From the UHGV virus genome UHGV-0127376: a stretch of DNA of 44,112 nt; one strand, written 5' to 3'. This stretch comes from a virus. Positions 37,846 to 44,112 of this stretch are shown piece by piece. A model generated the notes under the pieces. The model was given only the letters and a program-made list of their open reading frames with translations. It was not told the origin of the DNA and ran no database searches. Every line of letters starts with the position of its first letter. Position 1 is the stretch's first letter. Both the position numbers and the translations under genes were made by a program.

Positions 37846-37862
37846 ATGTTACAGGAGTAGGA
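37846..37862 (+). promoter_or_regulatory. Copy 3 of exact 17-mer ATGTTACAGGAGTAGGA, abutting the start codon of the first gene after RNAP
   Basis: Identical 17-mer at 5640..5656 and 16659..16675; here it also supplies the SD (AGGAG) for ATG 37863. Confidence 0.3.
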
Positions 37863-38303
37863 ATGAAGTTAAAACACACTAGTAAAACTTCCGACTACAC
37901 TCTCAGAGTTCTGTATAAGTCTGACGACATTACGGACGCAGTGAAGCAACTGCATGAACTGGGCCACGGCATTAGTCGGGGCCTGGCTCCAGAGCAGCAC
38001 TACTGGAGGGTGCTGGGAAGTATACTGGGTAAACAGTATATACTAGGAGTCTATGACTCCCAAGGCGACTTAGTCGGTGCTGTCAGCTACTACCCAGAGG
38101 CTGTAGAGGACTGTCATTACGTAGAGCCTGTGCTGTATACAGACTTCTTCGTATTGAAACCGGACAACGGCGCGGCAGTGTCTGTGATTATGCAAGGCCT
38201 GCGCGCAATAGCCAAATGCATGCGCGCTGGGCGTATAGCCATTAGCCGGAGTACATCGGATAACACGTACAAGACAACTTATCATTTAGTGAGGTCAGAA
38301 TGA
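37863..38303 (+). CDS. Hypothetical protein (first gene of late region)
   Basis: 146 aa ORF directly preceded by the 17-mer/SD. Confidence 0.55.
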   Translation: MKLKHTSKTSDYTLRVLYKSDDITDAVKQLHELGHGISRGLAPEQHYWRVLGSILGKQYILGVYDSQGDLVGAVSYYPEAVEDCHYVEPVLYTDFFVLKPDNGAAVSVIMQGLRAIAKCMRAGRIAISRSTSDNTYKTTYHLVRSE

Positions 38304-38566
38304 GTGGTGGTAATTTAGGTAAGCTGTTAGGTAAGGCCACGGACATGCTCGGCCTTACTGACAACGCAGGATTAGAGGCGCAGCAGCGCTTGGCAGAGCA
38401 GCAGGCCAGCGCAGCTAAACAACAGGCTGCCTTAGAGGCTAATAGCGCCGCAGATAACATTGCTGAGATTGACCCCGCAGGGGCTGCCTCTGAATCTGCA
38501 GATGCAATTACGTCTGAGCAGAAGAAACGGCGACAAGCAGGGCAGAGCAATCCTCTGGGCCTGTAA
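38300..38566 (+). CDS. Hypothetical protein
   Basis: 88 aa ORF with SD GAGGT, start overlaps previous stop. Confidence 0.5.
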   Translation: MSGGNLGKLLGKATDMLGLTDNAGLEAQQRLAEQQASAAKQQAALEANSAADNIAEIDPAGAASESADAITSEQKKRRQAGQSNPLGL

Positions 38567-38575
38567 GGGGGTAGC

Positions 38576-40171
38576 TTGGAACAAAAAGCAACATTAGCAG
38601 AACTCTTTAAGAAGGACCAGGACGCAGGTGTATTGGATGCCTCCGAGAAGTTCGCGCAGTGGACGCTCAGCACTATCTTTACCCGGGACGATTCCCTGGA
38701 CGGTAGACGCAGACCGCTAGAGCGTGACTACCAGAGCACCGGCGCGCAGCTGGTCAACACTGCAGCCACTAAGATTGTAGGGGCACTGTTCCCTCAGGGC
38801 ACTAGCTTCTTCCGGTTCTCCAAGAGTTCGGACCTGGACGAGTTCATTAGTTCGCTGGGCAGTGCAGCTACGGCAGAATCTAAGCTGGCTGAGGTTGAGA
38901 ACACAGCGTCACAGAAAGTATTTGAGAAAGACGGTTATGCTGCGAAGTTGCAAGCTGTGAAGCTGCTGCTGGTTACAGGTAACGCGTTGGAGTATATTGA
39001 TGAGCGGACAGGTAAATCCATCGTCTACTCAGTTCGTAACTTTACCGTTCGAAGGGATGGCAGCGGGAACGTCCTGCGACTCATTATCAGAGAGCGCACA
39101 AGCGTCCAGGACCTGCCAGAGGATTTCCAGAACACCTTCTACCGTGACAAAGACCCATACGGCGACGTTGATATCTACACTGCCGCTTGTCGCAAAGTTA
39201 AGCGGACAGAGGAAGGCGTAGAGGTAGTAAGCTACGAGGTGTATCAAGAAGCCGATGGACACCGTATCGGGGACAGCAGCACCTATCCGGAGCTGGAGCT
39301 CCCCTACAACGTGCTGGTGTGGAACCTTGTTAGTGGCGAGCACTACGGGCGCGGCTTGGTAGAGGACTACGCTGGGGACTTTGCCCGATTATCGGTACTG
39401 TCGGAAGCACTGACTAACTACGAGGTCGAAGCCTCTCGGCTGATTCCACTAGTAGATTCTAGTTCTGGCCTGGATGTGGACGAGTTCTCTGCGGCGGAGA
39501 CCGGGGAGGCCGTGCAGGTGGGCGGCGGTGGTTCCAACGGAAACACTAAGTCTCCTGTCACTGCTTACGAGGGCGGCTCTGCCCAGAAGATTCAGTGGAT
39601 TGCCAGCAACATCCAGATGCTCGAACAGAAACTGTCTCGTGCGTTTATGTACACCGGCAACTCCCGGCAGGGTGAGCGTGTCACGGCTTATGAGATTCGC
39701 CAGAACGCCAAAGAGGCGGAAGCCGCTATGGGTGGTGGGTTCAGTATCCTGAGCGACACCTGGCTGCGTAAGCTGGCGTACCTGTACACTGCACTGGTGT
39801 ACCCTCGCTTTAAGTTGTACCTCAGCGAAGGCGTGGTGAGCATCAACGTTACAGTAGGTACCTCTGCGCTGGCTAAGGCCGCAGCAGCGGACAAGCTGTT
39901 AGAGGCGGCACAGTCCATGCAGCTGGCTATCCCGGTGCTTGAGCAGATTACTCCGCGCTTCAACAAGGATGCGTGTGTAGACTGGTACTTCGACGCCTAT
40001 GGTATCGTCAGCGAGCCGTTCATGTACACCGAAGAGCAGCTGCAGCAGAAGCAACAGGTTCAAGATGCGTCTGCCGATGTATCCGCAGGTGCAGCACAGG
40101 ACCAACTCCAGGGCTTGACAGCAGCGGACCCGACAGTAGCAGGTAAGCAGCTGGGCTTATTACCAAGTTAA
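38576..40171 (+). CDS. Portal (head-tail connector) protein
   Basis: 531 aa; AFMYTGNSRQGERVTAYEIRQNAKEAEAAMGGGFSILS aligns with T7 gp8 FAFMLNSAVQRTGERVTAEEIRYVASELEDTLGGVYSILS; TTG start with SD AAGGGGG. Confidence 0.85.
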   Translation: MEQKATLAELFKKDQDAGVLDASEKFAQWTLSTIFTRDDSLDGRRRPLERDYQSTGAQLVNTAATKIVGALFPQGTSFFRFSKSSDLDEFISSLGSAATAESKLAEVENTASQKVFEKDGYAAKLQAVKLLLVTGNALEYIDERTGKSIVYSVRNFTVRRDGSGNVLRLIIRERTSVQDLPEDFQNTFYRDKDPYGDVDIYTAACRKVKRTEEGVEVVSYEVYQEADGHRIGDSSTYPELELPYNVLVWNLVSGEHYGRGLVEDYAGDFARLSVLSEALTNYEVEASRLIPLVDSSSGLDVDEFSAAETGEAVQVGGGGSNGNTKSPVTAYEGGSAQKIQWIASNIQMLEQKLSRAFMYTGNSRQGERVTAYEIRQNAKEAEAAMGGGFSILSDTWLRKLAYLYTALVYPRFKLYLSEGVVSINVTVGTSALAKAAAADKLLEAAQSMQLAIPVLEQITPRFNKDACVDWYFDAYGIVSEPFMYTEEQLQQKQQVQDASADVSAGAAQDQLQGLTAADPTVAGKQLGLLPS

Positions 40172-40185
40172 CAACAGAGGCATAG

Positions 40186-41028
40186 ATGGATAACGTAGAA
40201 AACGGTCAAAACGTAGAAACTACACAGGTAGAGAACCAAGGTGGTCCTAAGATTCCGGGCCTAGGTGCTCCCCTTAGCGCCCCGAACAATCAAGGCGTGC
40301 AGGATGCACAGACACCTACCCAGCAGCAACAGGGCAAAGATTCCCCTGACCCTGCTAAGATTCCTCTGGATATCGAAGCCCTAAAAGCGGCCCTGGATAA
40401 GGGTGGCGATAGCGCTAAAGAGCAGCCCCAGGAGCTGGCTAAGACTGGCAACCCGACGATTGACGCCGGTGTAGCTATGTTGCAGAAAGTCTCTGGGTTA
40501 ACTGACTCTGATATGGTGCGGGCACTTGGTAAGGCCCTGGAGTACCAGGACCCTAACCTAATCGATACGGCCTTCATTAAGGAACGTTTCGGCGAGCACG
40601 CTGCTTATGCAGAGCTGCTGGCCAAGGCGTACCTGGAAGACCAGGTTGGCCAAGCCACCAAAGCAGTACAGGAAGCTTACGATATCGTGGGTGGTAAGGA
40701 GAACTGGGAGGTAGCAGCGCAGCTGTTTAATTCCAAGGCCCCTGAACCTCTGCGTAACGCAGCTCGTGTACTCGCTAACTCGGGTGAGCTCAAGCAGGCC
40801 GCTGAGTTGGTAGCAAGCTTCTGCCGGGATATGGGTCTTATCAAGACACAGAACCCAATGGTACGCGGTGTAGCCAGCAACAATGCACTATCTGCTGCGG
40901 AATTCCGCGCAGAGTACACCAAACTCCGTCAGGAAGCGGGCAACCGTAGCTTGGCATCCCCACAGTTCAGTCAACGTTATAACGATTTGCTCGCACGCCG
41001 TGAAGCTGGTAAGCGCGTAGGTCTTTAA
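40186..41028 (+). CDS. Scaffolding protein
   Basis: 280 aa hydrophilic Gln/Ala/Lys-rich protein between portal and capsid genes (T7 gp9 position). Confidence 0.55.
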   Translation: MDNVENGQNVETTQVENQGGPKIPGLGAPLSAPNNQGVQDAQTPTQQQQGKDSPDPAKIPLDIEALKAALDKGGDSAKEQPQELAKTGNPTIDAGVAMLQKVSGLTDSDMVRALGKALEYQDPNLIDTAFIKERFGEHAAYAELLAKAYLEDQVGQATKAVQEAYDIVGGKENWEVAAQLFNSKAPEPLRNAARVLANSGELKQAAELVASFCRDMGLIKTQNPMVRGVASNNALSAAEFRAEYTKLRQEAGNRSLASPQFSQRYNDLLARREAGKRVGL

Positions 41029-41053
41029 TCTCATTTAAAAGGAAAAGTAAGAT

Positions 41054-42073
41054 ATGGCAGATACTATCTATAAAAGCGCCCTGACCCGAGCCCATTGGGG
41101 CGGCGCGGCATCTGATGTAGACATTCACCTGGAAGTGTATCAGAATGAAGTAGACACCCGCTTCCAGTACCAGGCTCTGTTCCTGGGCCTATCCAGCCAG
41201 CGCTCTATCAGCGGTTCCAATACCTACCGTATTGACCGCCTGAACACCTCTTCGGTGAAGGGTCGTCGCTCTGGCGAGGCGCTGGATAGCACCCCGGTCC
41301 GTAACGATAAGATGATTATCGTGGTGGATACGGTGCTGTATATCCGTAACCCGATTGACTACCAGGATGACTGGACCGGTCCGGACTTCCTGACTGAGAT
41401 GGGCCAGAACAACGGCTCGGAGTTCGCGGAGACCTTCGACCAGGCGCACCTGATTCAGCTCATCAAGGGCCGCTCCTGGGTTGCTCCGGAGCACCTTAAA
41501 CCGGCATTCAACGACGGTATCGAAGTGGGTGCCTCTATCCTGGTTCCGGGCACCACTACCGCCACGCAGCTGACCCAGGCTGAGATGGAAGCGAACGCCA
41601 TGAACATCAACCTGGCCCACAAGGCTGGTATTGATGAGCTCATCAAGCGTAAGACTCCGCTGGCGGACATGATTACCCTGGTGGATGTCGATACCTATTC
41701 GCGTCTGCTGGAGCATCCGAAGCTCCTGAACCTGGACTTTGGTGCATCCAACAACGACGGTTACAAAGACCGCCGTGTAGTGAAGATGAACGGAGTGCCT
41801 GTAGTAGAGTGCACTGAGTTCCCGACCGCTGCTGGTACGCACCCGCTGGGCTCTGCTTACACCGTCACCTCTGACGACGCGCTGTGCCGTATGGTGACTT
41901 TCAGCAAGTCCAAGACCCTGGTGACTGTTGAGGCCAAGCCGTTCACCTCCCGTATCTGGGACGATACGCGCGAGTTCAGCAACGTACTGGACTGCTACGC
42001 GATGTACAACATCGGCCTGCGTCGTCCAGACACCGCTGCAGTGACCAAGTTCACCCTCACCACCAAGTCCTAA
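41054..42073 (+). CDS. Major capsid protein
   Basis: 339 aa; T7 gp10 position and size; strongest codon bias in the window; strong SD AAAAGGAAAAG. Confidence 0.75.
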   Translation: MADTIYKSALTRAHWGGAASDVDIHLEVYQNEVDTRFQYQALFLGLSSQRSISGSNTYRIDRLNTSSVKGRRSGEALDSTPVRNDKMIIVVDTVLYIRNPIDYQDDWTGPDFLTEMGQNNGSEFAETFDQAHLIQLIKGRSWVAPEHLKPAFNDGIEVGASILVPGTTTATQLTQAEMEANAMNINLAHKAGIDELIKRKTPLADMITLVDVDTYSRLLEHPKLLNLDFGASNNDGYKDRRVVKMNGVPVVECTEFPTAAGTHPLGSAYTVTSDDALCRMVTFSKSKTLVTVEAKPFTSRIWDDTREFSNVLDCYAMYNIGLRRPDTAAVTKFTLTTKS

Positions 42074-42084
42074 TTGGAGGTTCA

Positions 42085-42267
42085 ATGGCAGTAATCGCTA
42101 CGTTCGGTCTGGAGACTCTCCAGGCCAATGCAGCTCAGCGGGAGGCGGTTAAGGCCGCCACCGATGTAGCGAAGAACATCCAGGTGGCTTCGGTTGAATC
42201 TGGCCGCAAGGCTACCAAGAAAACCCGTAAGGCGGCTGACGCAGCCGCTGATACTACGGAAGAGTAA
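42085..42267 (+). CDS. Hypothetical small protein downstream of capsid gene
   Basis: 60 aa ORF with SD GGAGG; Ala/Lys-rich. Confidence 0.4.
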   Translation: MAVIATFGLETLQANAAQREAVKAATDVAKNIQVASVESGRKATKKTRKAADAAADTTEE

Positions 42268-42316
42268 ACAGTTAACGGCAATTGAACCTGCCTAGTTCCG
42301 TTTGATGAGGAAACCT

Positions 42317-42649
42317 ATGAAAGATATCCGTAACATTATAACCGGTATGACCCGCATGGAGGCCATAACCCAAGGTGGTGTAGAGTACGGCACAGAGGTG
42401 TGGCACAAACGCTGCACTGGGGACAGTACAGCCAATGCTCTGCGCATCATCTCAGAGGCCATGTTAAAGCAGGCTGTACCTGTTAGGGTTGAGCAGTACG
42501 TAGTAAGCGGCACCCACACCCGGGAACCTAAGCACGTGTTTGATTTGTGCCGATATCTGGTGGATGTTATGGGTCTTCGGGGTTTTACGTTTAACGCAGC
42601 AGCTAGAACTGTTGAGTGTAACGTGTTCGAGCCTGTTAACAAACAGTAA
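42317..42649 (+). CDS. Hypothetical protein upstream of terminator
   Basis: 110 aa from ATG 42317 (SD GAGGA); followed directly by intrinsic terminator. Confidence 0.5.
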   Translation: MKDIRNIITGMTRMEAITQGGVEYGTEVWHKRCTGDSTANALRIISEAMLKQAVPVRVEQYVVSGTHTREPKHVFDLCRYLVDVMGLRGFTFNAAARTVECNVFEPVNKQ

Positions 42650-42654
42650 TACGC

Positions 42655-42691
42655 GCCCCTGGTGCCTTCGGGTGCCAGGGGCTTTTTTTTT
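42655..42691 (+). terminator. Rho-independent terminator (12-bp GC-rich stem, TTCG loop, T9 tract)
   Basis: GCCCCTGGTGCC TTCG GGTGCCAGGGGC followed by TTTTTTTTT; analogous position to T7 T-phi after the capsid gene. Confidence 0.75.
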
Positions 42692-42736
42692 GTCCCTGTC
42701 TTAAGGGTCCAAGGGGTCTTTAATAGAGGAACAAAT

Positions 42737-43297
42737 ATGAGAGAATTAGACGCTGTGAACCTGACGCTGGAAGCCCTGGGGGAGTCCCGCGTTATGGACA
42801 TCAACACCAGCAACCCAAGCGCTGGGTTAGCTCGCTCTGCGCTTGCGCGCAATCGGCGCGGGCTGCTCAGCACAGGGTTCTGGTTTAACGTGGTCGAGCG
42901 TGAAGTTGCCCCTACTGCTGACGGCTTTATTAAAGTGCCGTGGAACCAACTGGCCGTGTACGATGCTGGCTCTGACTCCAAATACGGGGTCCGTGATGGG
43001 AACCTGTACGACCTTATGGAGCAGAACCAGTACTTCGACAGCTCCGTTAAGCTCAAAATAGTCCTGGACTTGGACTTTGAGGACCTGCCGGAGCATGCGG
43101 CTATGTGGGTGGCTAACTACACCACTGCACAGGTGTATCTAAACGACCTGGGCGGCGACAGTAACTACGCTAATTACGCACAGGAAGCTGAGCGCTACAA
43201 GAGCATGGTGCTGCGTGAGCATCTGCGCAACCAGAGATTCAGCACCAGCAAGACCCGCTTTGCTCGTAGAATCCGCCGCGCTCGTTTTATGGTTTAA
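42737..43297 (+). CDS. Tail tubular protein A (T7 gp11-like)
   Basis: 186 aa from ATG 42737 (SD AGAGGA); GFWFN motif as T7 gp11 GWTFN; ORF-track start 42662 runs through the terminator. Confidence 0.75.
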   Translation: MRELDAVNLTLEALGESRVMDINTSNPSAGLARSALARNRRGLLSTGFWFNVVEREVAPTADGFIKVPWNQLAVYDAGSDSKYGVRDGNLYDLMEQNQYFDSSVKLKIVLDLDFEDLPEHAAMWVANYTTAQVYLNDLGGDSNYANYAQEAERYKSMVLREHLRNQRFSTSKTRFARRIRRARFMV

Positions 43298-43306
43298 GGA
43301 GAGGTT

Positions 43307-44112
43307 ATGGCGCAATCATTAGAAGGTACTATTCAGAGCTTGCTGCAGGGCGTTTCCCAGCAGGTTCCGAGAGAGCGCCAACCAGGACAACTGGGGGCGC
43401 AGCTGAACATGCTCAGCGACCCGGTTTCCGGTATCCGCCGCAGACCCCCGGGTGAGATTGTCTGGGAAAGCACGATTGATAATCCAGGGCTTGATTCCCT
43501 GTTCACTGAATACGTAGAGCGTGGAACTGACGGCAGGCACCTGCTGATTAACACCAGCAACGGTAACTGGTGGTTACTGGCTAAGAATGGAAAGACCATC
43601 CTTAACTCCGGAAACGACCCGTACTTTATTACCGCCGTGGGTCAGACCTCTTTGCAGACCGCGAGTATTGCTGGACTGACTTATATCCTGAATACGGAGA
43701 TGGCCCCGAACACAACCGTGGACAATACGGGGCGTATTGACCCAGGCACCACTGGGTTCTTCTACGTTAAATCTGCAGCATTCCAGAAACGCTGGAACGT
43801 CACTGTTACATCTGCCGGGGTAGATTACTCCGGGGACTACACCGCCCCAGCTGCTGGCAGTACCAGTGGTAACGCTGAGGAGGTATCAGGTGCCTACGTT
43901 GCTCAGCAGCTGCGAGACTCTCTTGTAGCGAATGGATTGCCAGCTGGGAACGTTAGCGTACGCGGCGCATACTTGTTCTTCTATGGGTTGAGCAACTGTG
44001 TGGTATCCTCCGACGCTGGCGATACTTATGCTGGGGTATCCAACCAGTCTCGTGTAGACCAGGAGCAGGACCTACCTGCACAGCTCCCAGCGCAAGCTGA
44101 CGGGGCGATGTG
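43307..44112 (+). CDS. Tail tubular protein B (T7 gp12-like), N-terminal part; runs off the window end
   Basis: MAQSLEGTIQSLLQGVSQQVP resembles T7 gp12 N-terminus (MALISQSIKNLKGGISQQPD); no stop before window end. Confidence 0.8.
   Translation, partial: MAQSLEGTIQSLLQGVSQQVPRERQPGQLGAQLNMLSDPVSGIRRRPPGEIVWESTIDNPGLDSLFTEYVERGTDGRHLLINTSNGNWWLLAKNGKTILNSGNDPYFITAVGQTSLQTASIAGLTYILNTEMAPNTTVDNTGRIDPGTTGFFYVKSAAFQKRWNVTVTSAGVDYSGDYTAPAAGSTSGNAEEVSGAYVAQQLRDSLVANGLPAGNVSVRGAYLFFYGLSNCVVSSDAGDTYAGVSNQSRVDQEQDLPAQLPAQADGAM

Noticed and set aside
41189-42085. 298-aa minus-strand ORF
   Set aside because: Lies antisense to the major capsid gene; typical shadow ORF of a GC-rich, codon-biased gene.
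42662-42736. N-terminal extension of tail tubular A ORF (track start 42662)
   Set aside because: Would translate through the terminator hairpin and T-tract; ATG 42737 has a proper SD.
42292-43056. 254-aa minus-strand ORF
   Set aside because: Overlaps the terminator hairpin and the tail tubular A gene on the opposite strand; no start context.
1-44112. Temperate/prophage features (integrase, repressor, att sites) and tRNA genes
   Set aside because: None recognised by eye; gene content is that of a strictly lytic T7-supergroup phage.

Overview
The window reads as an essentially complete, circularly permuted genome (about 44.1 kb) of a lytic T7-supergroup podovirus; no integrase, repressor, tRNA or CRISPR array was recognised. 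Every supported gene is on the + strand. The single-subunit RNA polymerase sits at the end of the replication module, directly upstream of the portal, scaffold and capsid genes (phiKMV-like order, not T7-like). The window boundaries cut the tail tubular protein B gene: its N-terminus is at 43307..44112 and its C-terminus at 1..1553. Module order from coordinate 1: tail tube B C-terminus, three internal virion proteins, tail fiber adaptor, small and large terminase, lysis cassette (putative u-spanin, pinholin-like holin, SAR endolysin), tailspike, then a repeat-rich non-coding zone flanked by two HNH genes (likely genome terminus), tandem sigma70-like early promoters, early genes, replication genes (primase, helicase, DNA polymerase, metallophosphoesterase, 5'-3' exonuclease, endonuclease VII) interrupted by four more HNH endonuclease genes, RNAP, and structural genes. 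The most interesting unexplained signals are an exact 17-mer present three times, a pair of 32-bp hairpin elements with a compensatory base-pair change flanking one early gene, six HNH genes (one frameshifted), and several uncharacterised early proteins. I did not recognise any complete, nameable novel system; the candidates are listed as findings. All functional calls rest on motifs and synteny read by eye; no database search or computation was run. A resemblance to Klebsiella KP34-like (Drulisvirus) phages is an unverified impression from gene order.
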